This document shows positions 25,572 through 38,582 of a stretch of DNA of 64,000 nt, piece after piece. Within the stretch, counting starts at the first letter, position 1. Each line of letters begins with the position of its first letter. Below the pieces are notes generated by a model. It was not told where the DNA came from and ran no database searches. It saw only the letters and a list, made by a program, of their open reading frames with translations. The DNA comes from Felis catus (lineage: Eukaryota), in contig NC_058368.1 in the NCBI RefSeq assembly GCF_018350175.1, positions 166,286,001 through 166,350,000 of the forward strand, read 5' to 3'. The position numbers were made by a program, and so were the translations under genes.

Positions 25572-27285
25572 AAAGAGTCCAGTTGTACCACCACTTATTC
25601 TAATATTTCTTAAGAGTGATCATTGACCACCTACATCAGTTTCCTCTCAGGTATTGATTTCTTAGTCCACACTGGGTAGCTATAGAAACAGAAACTTGGA
25701 AGATGAACATTAAGTTAAATAGTGGTTAAACTACATTAAGGAACATAAGTAGCTCTAGGTGTCCATGACAAATTAAAAAATTCCCAGCCCCATTCCAGAG
25801 ATTTCTCTCTATGGAATGGGTAGGATGATGACCGTAATGATAAAATGATGTCATTGATGGTAACAATGAAAATACTCCTCAACTGATACAACATTTTTGA
25901 GCATGATTATGTTCTTGACAATATATTTGAAACTTATATTGTTTATGACTCTTTGCTTTCCAAATTATGCAAGATCTACTATTTTCCAGATTGACCGACA
26001 ATGCAAATGTCCATACCTTATAGCTAGAACTTTACCTCCTACGAATAGAGGTGTGGCTTTGCTCTCATATCTACTAGGATCATAGTTAAGGGAATAGCAA
26101 TCCAATATTAGTATGTTTCCCAAAGTAAGGATTTTTTCAGCATCATACACCACATTCTGCACTGTTTTTATAGTGGTTCTTCTGAAATGAGATGAAGTTT
26201 ATTCCTATTTTGTAACTGCCTCACCAAAAAAAAAAAAAAAAAAGGAAAATATCTTCCCAAGAAAATAAGAGTTTGCTGATTGTAAATATAGAGAAAGGAA
26301 ATGGTTTCTCATTATCAGGCCACACTGCATGCCAAACAAAGAGTGAACAATATTTGTAGAAATTTGTCTCTGAAACAATACACATGGTTTATAATAACAT
26401 AATATTTACTTTCTTAGCCTAGAGCATGTACATCTTGATTATTAGATTTTTCAGAGTTCTTCCCAGTGACCAGTGGCTAGGCATTTTATTTCCATTTCTA
26501 AAAATGTAGAGTATAGGCATCTAGTTTTCCCAAGGACAGGGAGAAACAATAGTCACTTCTACCATTTCATTTATCTATCTGTCTCACTGTCCTTCTATTT
26601 ACCTATTGTTATTCTTATACGATTTAGCCCTAGTATTCAGTCACAGGTAAAATACATGAAAAGCAAATGATAAATTAACAGACCAAATATAATAATCAGA
26701 ATAGGGTGAAATTTAAGATTCAACTAATTATCATAGGTTATATTGTGGCAGGGATACAGTACACCTCCTTTTTTATTCCAGGAACTCTGAAAGAATGGTC
26801 ACATTCAGGTCCGATATTACAAAGGACCATCACAAGTGTGAAATTAATATGTGATGTAAAAAGCGGATACCCCATGAAGACTGGGGATTATGAAAATGTG
26901 ACCTGGGAAATTCTGTCTACTGAAATGCTGTTTTAAGATATTAACCTCTTAATTCAAATTCAAGGCAAATTAAATGAGTCTTTGTTAATCTGAAGTATCT
27001 CAGTGTTTGCCTGAAACAAGACATGCTTCAACTAAAATAAAATCTGTATTACAATAACTCAACATTATCCTCCCATTTTTATGTGCATATCATATGCATC
27101 GATTGCTTTTCAGTCTTATTAATCAGTTTTGCCTTAAACATATCCTGGGAAGTTAATTAATGTTCCATGATATAATGTGGAAGAATTATGTGAAAAATCC
27201 TAAAACAAACCTAAAAGAAAATTGCCTGATTTTTTGATAGTAGTAACGCGATTGAGACCGATAGGCAATGAGACTTTAAACAAAT

Positions 27286-27411
27286 TAACTAACTAACTAA
27301 CTAACTAACTGACTAACTATATGTATACAGAACTATACATCTCTAATTATCATCTATCTATCTATCTATCTATCCATCATCTATTTATTTTTCTAATCTA
27401 TCATCTATCTA
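27286..27411. repeat. (AACT)n followed by imperfect (TATC)n microsatellites
   Basis: Read directly. Confidence 0.9.
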
Positions 27412-30400
27412 TATATTCAGAAAGACAAAATTTTATCTATATTCAATATGCCATATTATTTGAGAATTTTATTTTTCTTACAGTATGAGAATAGATACTC
27501 AGGTCATTTCTGTCCTCAATAAAATGAAAATCTCTCAAATGACCCCACAAACCTGTCCATTTTCTTTTGCTGACATTAATAAGTATATTGTTTCCATGTG
27601 GGCCCTGTGTATTTTGAAAAGACTGGGTAAAATGGAAAACAGCCAAAGGAGAAGGGACCATTATTCAGATATAATTAGTAAATTCATACATTACTAATTA
27701 TATATTGTATACACATATTATATATATTAACACATTAATATAAAAATGGCATAATTATCTCTATGCAATAGAACATACTCCATATGATCACATATATTTC
27801 TGAATTCACCATGCTCTTTACTAAGTAATTTTAACAATACTTTTTCACCTGCAAATGCAAATTCAAACTTTCATAGAAAGAGACTATGAATAAGTATTTC
27901 AAAACATTGTACAAACAGAGCATCCCAAAATATTGCTAATTTGTTATAAAGCTCAATTTCCCCATTTTCTCATATCTTAGGTGCATAATACATTTTATTA
28001 TAATGTATTCAAGTTAAGTGAGTATTAAATAATTATATATTTGTGGTAATTTTCTTTTAATTGTTGAATCTTCTGAAATGGAATATGGATACTAATCATA
28101 AAATATAGTGATTAAATATCAAAATCACACAAAAAAGAGAAACTATATCAATGGCACAGTGTTAAATTATACAGAGAATATTTAATGCATATTTTTGGTG
28201 GTTATAGGAGGAAACAATCTGTCCACCCATTATTTAGAAATAACTCTCTACTATTTCCTCTCTCTCTTCGTATCAAATATTATAATATTAATAAATTAGC
28301 ATAATATGCTATCATTTATACCCAAAGATCCTGTCTTCTTAGCATATCAATCTTTTCTCCTTTATTTAAGGGAGGTATAAATTCAGCCTGATCATTAGGA
28401 AGGAAAGTCATTTGTTTTAATAAATACTCTAGTGAGAAGAGTGCCCATGTGGGTTTGAACAACCCAGTAATAAGGACTGTGTCCATTAATTTCTCCAGAA
28501 GACGATTCTTCTAGATGACATCATCATTTAAACCAAAACTTTAATGCCTTGCATAGATTTCGACAATAAAACTCTGGCTCACTTGGTGCATTTTATTAGC
28601 ATTCTATACCAACTTGGAAAATCCTAGGGTTGTTGGGAATTGCTTTACTCCCTGTTATGCCACAGAATTATAACCATGTTCAGGATGGTTGAGTGATGAT
28701 GATGTGGTTTATCTTTGTACAGGGAAGTATATCATGCAGTTGGACTGTGGTACCACTGAGAGGAAAACCAAGACAATAAATGCTAGAAAGCACGTGAACA
28801 GCAAGGAGTCATGAATACGGTGCCAGTGAAGAGATCCAAATAGGAAATCAAAATAAGTAGATAAAAGCAGACATTGGCCTTTTAATCAGATGCCAGGAGC
28901 AAAACCTTGGCAGAAGTGATAAATCTGTGGCCATCTAATGGCATACAGGGATCTCTGCATTTTATCAGGTCAATGTTTATATTAACTGTGGTAGAAATCA
29001 CTGAACATTCACTTCTAACCCTGGAAAATGAATCAGCAGGTTAGAAAGTGTATTTAATTCATTAGGTAGCATGTATTCACCCAAACCAAGCAGAAAGATG
29101 GTAAATTGCAGGAAAAAATGAGTATCTGATTACTTCATGTTTTAGATAGAAATACTAAATTGTATTTATATTTGGTAATATGTTAGTATCTTAGATAAAA
29201 TGAATCAAAAACTTTATGTAACTTATTAAAAATGCAAATTTAAGCCTGTATTAAGAAACCTGCATTCCACAAAGGACACTCAATGCCAAGTTCAAGTTGC
29301 ACAGCAAGAGAGGTGTTACAGAGCACTTCCCCAAATAGAAGGGGCAAGTTAAAACCCATACTAGGTCTCCCATTTGGCATTTCCTTCAGGAAAAAGAAAA
29401 ATAAAATTTTCTGTCAAACTGAAGGGATATATAAGAGACCTTACTTCAACATAAGATTTCAAAATTATTTTCCTGCAGAGCCATTTTTTTTTTTGAAATC
29501 ATACTTGTGATCTATTAATGTAACATGTTTCTCCTCTGGTGTGAATTTCCTCTAATCTGTAGTGGAAAGATGAAAACTATAGTTTGAATTAAATTCTGTC
29601 AGGAAACTAGGTGATCATATAATTCAATGGATTGTCAAGCAATATCAATGACTTATTTATTTAAAAAATGTATTTCACATAGGGAAAGACAGAAAAGAAA
29701 AAAGATAAGTCAAAGAGAAAGATAAACATTGGGCAATGGTATATTATCTCTTTCTATAGAGAGAATTACGCAGGTCATGTCTATAAAGTATGGAGTAGGA
29801 TTCTACAAAGTACATGAAATGTAGTTTTGTTGTTTTTATTGGCAAAAGTATAATCTTGACCTTTGGTAAACTGGCTAGGGAATAAGCCCTACAAATTTGA
29901 GCAATATGTGAAAATCTGGCTATAACCTGCCTACTTTAGCACTTAGAAGAAAACAGGTCCAGTTAGAGAATTCTACTTACATTTATATTTCCAAATTTCA
30001 GCCAGCAAGGTAGGCAATCTACCACTCATTTTAACTATTTGAAAAACAGAAAACAGAAATGAAACAGTTTCTTTTTTCCTATTTGCCATCTAACCGCTCT
30101 GTATGTATGGTTGGATATAATTGAAGAAATTTTTGACATTAACTATTCAACTAAACTGTCAGTTGTGCTTGAACATGAAAGAATATGTTGAATGATTAGA
30201 AGGCTGGCAAGTGCTGTTTGCCAATTTGCAATGATAATTGAACCCAGTAAACTGTAGCTGTATTGTTAGTAATACAAGTGTCGGGAAATGTAAGTTTAAT
30301 AGAACCTCTCTTTGCCACCCTCCCTGTAAGCAATTCCCCATTTAATTTCACCAGTACTTGTCATTCTCTCGCTAGCATACGCTAACTGATACACAGGGAT

Positions 30401-30646
30401 ATTGAATGCTTAAGGACAAAAAGCTACTCTCTAGCAACCCAAAAAAGGCTTATATACTAAAGTTTTAGTACTTTTTATATACTACCATATTGTTCACTTT
30501 TTTTGAAAGGCATGTAAAATTTTAACGAACTGTGAAACCCAAATACAAAAAAAATTGTTTTTATACTTATGTTCACAAAATTATTTTAAATATGTATCTA
30601 ATCTTTGAAATTATAAGGTGAGCTTTTTGTTTTTGAAGATGAGCTG

Positions 30647-30782
30647 TTTTTTTACACATTTATTTATTTTTGAGAGAGAGAGAAAGAGAGAAAATGCAGG
30701 TTGGGGAAGAGCAGAGAGTGAAGGGGACAAAGGAGCCTAAGCGGGCTCTGCACTGAGAGCTGTGAGCCTGATTTTGGCCTTG
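30647..30782 (-). mobile_element. Can-SINE 3' half (split by an L1)
   Basis: T tail and GA body up to gagcctgattttggccttg; resumes at 33357. Confidence 0.88.
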
Positions 30783-31261
30783 CATTTTCGATTAGGTGAT
30801 CTGTCCATTGCTGTGAGTGGGGTGTTGAAGTCTCCTACTATTATGGTATCACTATTGATGAGTTTCTTGATGTTTGTGATTAATTGATTTATATATTTGG
30901 GTGCTCTCACATTTGGTGTATAAATGTTTACAATTGTTAGGTCTTCTTGGTGGATAGACGCGTTGATTATGATGTAATGCCCTTCTGCATCTCTTGATAC
31001 AGTCTTTATTTTGAAGTCTAGATTGTATGATATAAGTATGGCTACTCCAGCAGTCTTTTGTTGACCATTAGCATGCTAGATGGTTCTCCATCCCCTTATT
31101 TTCAATCTGAAGGCATCTTTAGGTCTAAAGTGAGTCTCTTGTAAACAGCATATAGATGGATCTTGTTTTCTTATCCATTCTGTTACCCTATGTCTTTTGA
31201 TTGGAACATTGGATCCACTGAGGTTTAGAGTGAGTATGGAAAGATATGAATTTATTGTCAT
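30783..31261 (-). pseudogene. L1 ORF2 N-terminal endonuclease fragment
   Basis: MTINSYLSILTLN...[18 protein letters not shown], later GDFNTPL. Confidence 0.9.
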
Positions 31262-31354
31262 TATGTTTCTTGTAGAGTTGGAGTTTCTGGCGGTGTTCTC
31301 TGGTCCTTTCTAGTCTTTCTTGCTTTTGGTCTTTTTTTTCCATCTTTTCTCCCC

Positions 31355-32232
31355 TCAGAAAGTCCCCCTTAAAATTTCTTGCAGGGTTGGTTTAGTGGTC
31401 ACAAACTCCTTTAATTTTTGTTTGTCTGGGAAACATGTTATCTCTCCTTCTATTTTGAATGACAGCCTTGCTGGATAAACAATTCTTGGCTGCATATTTT
31501 TCTGATTCAACGCATTTAATATATCCCGCCACTCATTTCAGGCCTGCCAGATTTCTATGGACAGGTCTGCTGCAAACCTGATCTGTCTTCCCTTTTAGGT
31601 TAGGGACCTTTTCTCCTTGCTGCTTTCATGATTCTCTCCTTGCCTGAGTATTTTGTGAATTTGATTATGATATGCTTTGTTGATGGTCAGTTTTTGTTGA
31701 ATCTAATGGGGGGTCCTCTGTGCTTCCTGGATTTTGATGTCTGTGTCTTTCCCCAGGTTAGGACAGTTTTCTGCCATGATTTGCTCACAAAAGCCTTTTA
31801 CCCCTATTTCTCTCTCGTCCTCTTCTGGGACCCCTATGATTCCGATGTTGTTCCTTTTTAATGAGTCACTGATTTCTCTAATTCTTAAATTATGCTCTTT
31901 TGCCTTAATCTCCCTCTTTTTTTCTGCTTCATTATTCTCTATAAGTTTGTCCTCCATATCGCTGATTCTCTGTTCTACCTCATCCATCCTTGCCACCACG
32001 GCATCCATCCGTGATTGCAGTTCAGTTATAGCATTTTTTATTTCATTCTATTTTTTACTTATTTTATCTCTGCAGAAAGGGGTTCTAATCTATTTTTGAC
32101 TCCAGCTAGTATTCTTATTATTGTGATTCTAAATTCTGGTTCAGACATCTTGCTTATATCTGTGTTGGTTAAATCCCTGGCTGTCATTTCTTTGTGCTCT
32201 TTCTTTTAGGGTGAATTCCTTCATTTTGTCAT
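31355..32232 (-). pseudogene. Degenerate L1 ORF1
   Basis: MTK*RNSP*KKE start; LKRNNIGIIGVPEEDER; ends LQEILRGTF*; contains stops and indels. Confidence 0.9.
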
Positions 32233-33356
32233 TTTGAAGGGAGAAAAGGACTTAATGAGGTAGAAAAATGAAAATTAAAAAAAATTTAAAAAATATTAAA
32301 ATTAAAAAATTAAACACACACACACACACACACACACAAATCAAATAAATGATTCTAGATCCTAAGTGTGTTTTGGTCTTGATGTTGAAAGTGGTTTGAC
32401 AGCTTTCGTCCACTCCCCGCTTTTTCACTCTCCGTGATCAAGCCCCAGGAACTACCTCTATCCCAAATTTTGTCTCTGATGCGGCTGTTTTCCCCGGCCC
32501 TTTACTTCTGAAGGACTGCAGCTTGGATCTGTTCCACCCCTCTGTGGGAGGGTCTCACTGAGCAATGGCTGAATGTTGGCTGCACCCAGGAACGCCTGCT
32601 GGACTCTGCTGCTGCCGGTGCCCGAGACTGCAGCCAGGTGCCAGCCTGCCCCAGAAAAAGTTCGCGAGATAGTGTAGCAGCAGCGATTCAGGGATTATGG
32701 AAAATCACAACACACATCTGGCACCAGGCTTCACCCTTAATGACCTTGTTCCAACACCAGCGAATGTGGCCGTTCTCTGGGGTCTGCTGGGACCAGGTGG
32801 GTTCAACAGTCTCTACCAAATGTCCTTCCAGCAGTGGAACCGCTTCTTCCCGTGTGGCCCAAGAACCTCCCGGACTTCACTCTGCTCCTGGGGATTCACC
32901 GTTCCCACCAGAGCACCACCAGGTATCAAGCTGTGGAGTTTCAGACTCTGCGCTGCCCCTGTTTACAGTCTTAATGGAATTTAAACCCTTACCTTTCTCC
33001 CTTCTCCCTTTTTAGTTTGTTCCCTGTGGCTGTTTCCAATTTTCCACTTTCTCTCTAGCTGCTTTTGGGGAAGGGTGCTTTTCCCGTATTCTCTGCCCCC
33101 CCCCCAGCCCAGTCTCCATCCTCTCTCTGCCCACAAAAGCACCTCCCTGCCTGCCGCAGCTTCTTGCTCCCCAAGTTCACCTTTCTATGCCGCATACCTG
33201 CTGAATTCTGTGGTTCAGGTTGTGCAGATTGTTGTGCTAATCCTCCAATCAGTTTTCTAGGTGTGTAGGATGGTTCAGTGTTGTTCTGGCTGTATTTCAT
33301 GGATGTGAGACACACAAAAAACTTCCATGCTGTTCCGCCATCTTGGCTCCTCTCTG

Positions 33357-33435
33357 GGCCTTGAATTTTCAAATGGTGAGATCTTAACCTGAGCCAAAGT
33401 CAGATACTCAACCAACTGAGCCACCCAGGCACCCC
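33357..33435 (-). mobile_element. Can-SINE 5' half (split by an L1)
   Basis: ggccttgaa...gtgagatcttaacctgagccaaagtcagatactcaaccaactgagccacccaggcacccc. Confidence 0.88.
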
Positions 33436-34250
33436 AGAAGGTGAAGAGCTTTAATATTTTATATATGAGAATATTGATCAAACTACCTGGCACATACTCA
33501 AGGCTCAATGCAAATGCTCTAAATAAATAAATGCTATTTATCTTCTTTTTTTTCTGTTGTTCCTCTCAATCCCTTTTCTCAGAATATCCATCCCATTGGT
33601 GCTTTCCCATTTTTATCCATAATGTATTCACACTCTTTCCATTTGAGTTACTTGTGTTCCTTGAATATGTCAAGAATACTTCCCTCACTGGAACTTTTTC
33701 AAAAACTTTGTTAGCTCTCCTACTTACCCTCTAGGCCTTAGATCATCAACGTATTCTTAAGATTTTCCATATTCTGAATTCTATTTTGCTTTATACTTTC
33801 ATCTGTCCTTCAGAATATCTCTTATAATTATATATTTATTAGTAAAATTATTTTTGAATATCCCCCTACTATATATTGAGTATATTTTTACTCATTGCCA
33901 TATCTTTGACAACAATATATACCCTAAAAATATCATTGTTGAATGAAGCAGATGAATATAATCCTGATACAATAAATGTCTTGATTCTTAGGAAACTTTT
34001 CAGTGTATCTTAGCTTGCTCTCAAGATGGCTGTCAACGAAGTGCACACCTCATTCAAAAACTTCCCTGTGGCATTGCTTGTTTGATGCATTGATTTCTTT
34101 TTGAAATACTTTTGCTTTTCTTGAGATCTTTGGTAAACCTATCCCACTCTTGAAGGAGGTTGTGTTAGGCAGAGCAGTGTTTCCAAATCTGGCATCTGAC
34201 ATTGATCCCACACTTGCTATTACAGAATTTCCTAGAACAGGCCCAAGTAG

Positions 34251-34254
<4 letters not shown>

Positions 34255-34288
<34 letters not shown>
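34255..34288. repeat. (TG)n microsatellite
   Basis: Read directly. Confidence 0.95.
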
Positions 34289-34289
<1 letters not shown>

Positions 34290-34502
34290 CACTTAAACTT
34301 CTGTGGTAATTCTGATGCCATTGATACAGTACCCTGTATCAGAATTTTAGTATTAGATACACTGTTATCTCCTAATGAATTGAGAAACCATTATTCTCTA
34401 TCCTTAGTTTCCTTAACTTTACAATGTAGAAATTATACAGCATTGACCATAATCCTTCAAAGAAATTTTAAAACTTGACAAAAAAAGATGGGTTAAAGAT
34501 TA

Positions 34503-34719
34503 AATTTTGTTTTTGAAATTTATTTATATTTGAGAGACAGAGAGAGACAGAACATGAGTGAGGGAGGGACAGAGAGAGAAGGAGACACAGAATCCGAAGC
34601 AGGCTCCAGGCTCTGAGCTGTCAGCACAGAGCCTCACGTGGGGCTTGAACCCACAAACTGTGAGATCATAGCCCGAGCCAAAGTCGGTCACTTAACCAAC
34701 TGAGCCACACAGACCCCTC
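34503..34719 (-). mobile_element. Can-SINE
   Basis: Full body; degenerate TSD ggttaaagatt / ggtttaaagatt. Confidence 0.9.
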
Positions 34720-35843
34720 TGGTTTAAAGATTTTAAAGCCAATTTTGTAGTATATTATTTGCCCATAAATCAATAAGTTAAAAAATGAGTGTCCAGGTTA
34801 TTTTTGGTATTTTGAAAAGCATGTACGATGGCACTATGCTTTTGATGGCACCAGGAGGTCTATATCTCTATATAAATATAGGCATATACTCGCAATTTGT
34901 CTATAAAATAGGTGAAAACATCATAATTTCATAAAGAGTAGTGTTAACCTTTATGATACAGTTTAATTTATAGAACATCTCAAAGCTTGAAACTTTATTG
35001 TAATAATAAAGAAACCACAATTTATAATGAAAATAATTAATTCAAATTAGAATAGAAGTCAAAGTGATTTGCCAGATATTAATACCCAAGGCTAGATATC
35101 AGAGTTTCGTTTACTAGCTCCCAAGAGAGAAAGACACTGACTCGTGTGACTTTTCCACCCATCTGTAGTCATTAAATGCAAGTAATAAACATGAATATGC
35201 ACCAAAGCCCATATCAGAATTAGCAATCAAATTAGTGTCACTTGCATTCATAGCAGATTTTCAAATGCCTTTAATTCTAATAGAAACAGAAAGAAGAACA
35301 TTTCACACTGCCATGAATGTCCCTTTAGAATGTATAAAGCTGAAATAGAATTCCTATTACAAGGCAGGCTAGAATTTGACTAGATCTGTACCATTGACAA
35401 AAACCATGTTGAAATAGTGTTGACCTGTAGTTCCTCATACTCAAATGTTCCTAATGAGAGACTAAATTCTAGCATTGGGTGGTAATGCACTTTTGACTAA
35501 ATGGTTTTAAGGTCAAAGCAAAAAGAGATGTAAAAATAAATTCTGAGCTTTCACACACTTGAAAAGCCACATACAATTAATTTTTTTGGTGAAACAATGT
35601 TTTATGAATATAATTTTTAACTTCATTGACCAAAACTATCTTGCATAAAGGTAGTGCTGCCTTCAATTAAGAGATTATTTATCTTGAGAAATTGTATATT
35701 TTCTTAAATTAAAAACGATCTCTTTTAATATTTCCAAAAAAGTGAAGTATCAAGTGAAGGCAAGCTACGTGGCGAAATCTTGTAAAAATATTGAGAAAAG
35801 GTGAGTGCAGGAATTTGAAGAAAGGGAAAAGGAGGTTTTCTTC

Positions 35844-36309
35844 TGTGAAAAGTGTAGGTTCTGAGATTTTACCCGACTTGCAAACTAACAAGCTAATCTA
35901 TGCTAGTTTAATGAGCACTGACAGAAGACACAAGACACCCCAGTCAGAGACAAAGAATGGTTTATCACTCACAGTAATAACAGTAGTCAGAGTACAGCAT
36001 TTTCCTGTGCTGTTTTCTCAAGGCCAGATTCCCCAGGGAAATGTAAAAAAGACAAAATGATATGTGTGCATGCAATGGATTACTATGGACAGCAAGCATG
36101 TCTGTCTTTTGCTCCAGAGAATATCAAGCAAACTATCCAGAGAGTGAAATTATGTTTGGCTTCCAAGGATATAAGCAAACGTGCTCTTTGCTCCAAAGGG
36201 TGACACTCTCTGTCTTCCGCTATCTTAAAAAGATATTCCAGAACACAGCCAGTGCTTCTGCTCACAAGACACACAGCAATGTGAGACAACAGAAAATTGT
36301 CTCTCAACC
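35844..36309 (-). mobile_element. Old ERV solo LTR (LTR47-like from recall)
   Basis: Minus strand begins gttgagagacaattttc... and contains 'gcttgttagtttgcaagtcgggtaaaatctcaga'; no TSD seen. Confidence 0.55.
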
Positions 36310-37604
36310 CCTCATATTCTGTCTCATATTCTGCAAGCTAGGGTCAAGAAAGGTAGACCTGTAGCCCCTGATCACTTAGCTAAAAAAAAAAAACAGCTAC
36401 TCTGAAAGAGAGTGACAAAAAAAATCATCTACAGTTTCTCTTCATAGTTCTCTGTCCAAGACTCTCAGGTACAAGTCTACGAAGCTATCTTTGTCCAGGG
36501 AATTACTATTTGGCATAAACAAGATGCTGACTTCTCTATTGTTATGCTACAGGTTTGAGGGTATAAACATGTTATAATAAAAAATACAAGTTTCAGTTCA
36601 TTCCTCTCCACCTCTCCTGTCAGTTTACCAGACATATTTGAATTAAAGTGTAACCAATTCTGCATAAAAATAATGAACTACAACCCTTTCGAAAACATGG
36701 CAATAGCATTAAGTTAGGAACAAAAGTTTACAACACCCAATATGGCTCCATACAATCAACATATTTCATATTATTATTAAATGACAACAAATACTGTAAG
36801 AACCATTCTTTCCTATGCCCACCTTCAAATGGTGAACTAAATATGAGACTTTTAGTTGAACATCCCAACAAAAGCTATTCAAGAAAAAATGTTTAATACC
36901 ATAACTAATGATGATTATCATAGGATGTTAAGTGAAAAGTGAGTCTCAATTGCACTTGTTAAGAGAAACCTATGGAGTTCTGAGTCACAAACTTTCATTT
37001 GTTATGCTTCCAGAAATTCCACTATTAGCACACAAAGGGTTACTGCAGTCTATCATGTTGCATAGGATAATACTAGAACTATCCAGGCTAAACACACTGA
37101 AAATGTCCCGTAATTATGATCACATATTTAGGATGTAAAGCATGCCTAAAAGACTATTCAGAATTTTGATTCTGAAATAAGGAAGCATTGTTTTGAAATA
37201 TTCTTACAGATACCTTTGGTTCAAAATGACTAGAAAACAATATATAAGAAAGTCTCAATTTTTGGGGTTTACTCTAGGCCAAAGAGTTTTTGCTTTCTGT
37301 TTACACTATGTGTTTATTGTAATATTAAAACCTGTGAATATTCATTAAATTTATAGTATTTCAGTTTTCAGTCGTAATATGTCTCATAGTAGGAAAATAC
37401 TTAGTAAATCAGTGAAGACAAGATGTTAAATTTTGCAGGTGCATTTTATCAGTTTTCAAAATAGATCTGGTGTAAAAACATACTGCCTGTCCACCAAAAG
37501 ATAGTTGTTAAATTCTGACTTATTAGAGACTGGCAGAATGCAGTTATGATCTTCTTACTGTGTTTATTCAATATTAATGTCATTACTTATATTGTTTTGT
37601 TTTT

Positions 37605-37807
37605 AAAGTTTATTTATTTATTTTGAAAGAGAAAGCAAGCATAAGCAGGGGAGGGGAGGGAGAGAGGGAGAGCGAGAAATCCCAAGCAGGCTCCACACCA
37701 TTAGTGCTGAGCCCGACATGGGGCTTAATCCCACAAAGCTGTGTGATCATGACCTGAACCAAAACCAAGAGTCGGTGGCTTAACCAAATGTGCCAACCAG
37801 GTGCCCC
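37605..37807 (-). mobile_element. Can-SINE
   Basis: TSD tattgttttgttttt at 37590-37604 and 37808-37822. Confidence 0.92.
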
Positions 37808-37849
37808 TATTGTTTTGTTTTTTTATGTGAATATATACCATTTAACATT

Positions 37850-38060
37850 AAACAATGTTTTTTAATGTTTATTTATTTTTGAGAGAGAAAGAGAGTATGA
37901 GTAGGGGAGAGTCAGAGAGAGAGGGAGACACAATCTGAAGCAGGCTCCAGGCTCTGAGCTGTAGGCACAGAGCCAGATGTGGGGCTCGAACTCACAAACA
38001 GTGAGATTATCACCTAAGCCGAAGTTGGAAACTTAACCGACTGAGACACCCAGGTGCCCC
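37850..38060 (-). mobile_element. Can-SINE
   Basis: TSD taccatttaacatt at 37836-37849 and 38061-38074. Confidence 0.94.
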
Positions 38061-38134
38061 TACCATTTAACATTTTTAAAATAAAAAAAATCACTTCATA
38101 ATGTAAATTGGTACATATATATTTAAAATTAGTT

Positions 38135-38351
38135 GGGGCCTGGGTAGTGCAGTCGGTTAAGCGTCCGACTTCAGCCAGGTCAGGATCTCGCGGTCCGGGA
38201 GTTCGAGCCCCGCGTCAGGCTCTGGGCTGATGGCTCAGAGCCTGGAGCCTGTTTCCGATTCTGTGTCTCCCTCTCTCTCTGCCCCTCCCCCGTTCATGCT
38301 CTGTCTCTCTCTGTCCCAAAAATAAATAAATGTTGAAAAAAAAATTTTTTT
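38135..38351 (+). mobile_element. Young Can-SINE
   Basis: CpG-rich head, 'ctctgggctgatggctc' variant; short flanking repeat aattag. Confidence 0.94.
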
Positions 38352-38365
38352 AATTAGCCTTATGA

Positions 38366-38582
38366 GGGGCGCCTGGGTGGCTCAGTTGGTGAAGCGGCCG
38401 ACTTCGGCTCAGGTCATGATCTCGCGGTCCGTGAGTTCGAGCCCCACGTCGGGCTCTGTGCTGACAGCTCAGAGCCTGGAGCCTGTTTCCGATTCTGTGT
38501 CTCCCTTTCTCTGACCCTCCCCTGTTCATGCTCTGTCTCTCCCTCTCTCAAAAATAAATAAAAACGTTAAAAAATAAAATAA
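38366..38582 (+). mobile_element. Can-SINE
   Basis: TSD aattagcctt(a/g)tga at 38352-38365 and 38583-38596. Confidence 0.94.

Larger units (their letters stand above)
30783..33355 (-). mobile_element. Older LINE-1: 5'UTR + ORF1 + start of ORF2, 3'-truncated, no poly(A)
   Basis: Sense strand starts gaggagccaagatggcgg (YY1); ORF1 and EN remnants; stops just after [13 protein letters not shown]; flanked by ggccttg at 30776-30782 and 33357-33363. Confidence 0.92.
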
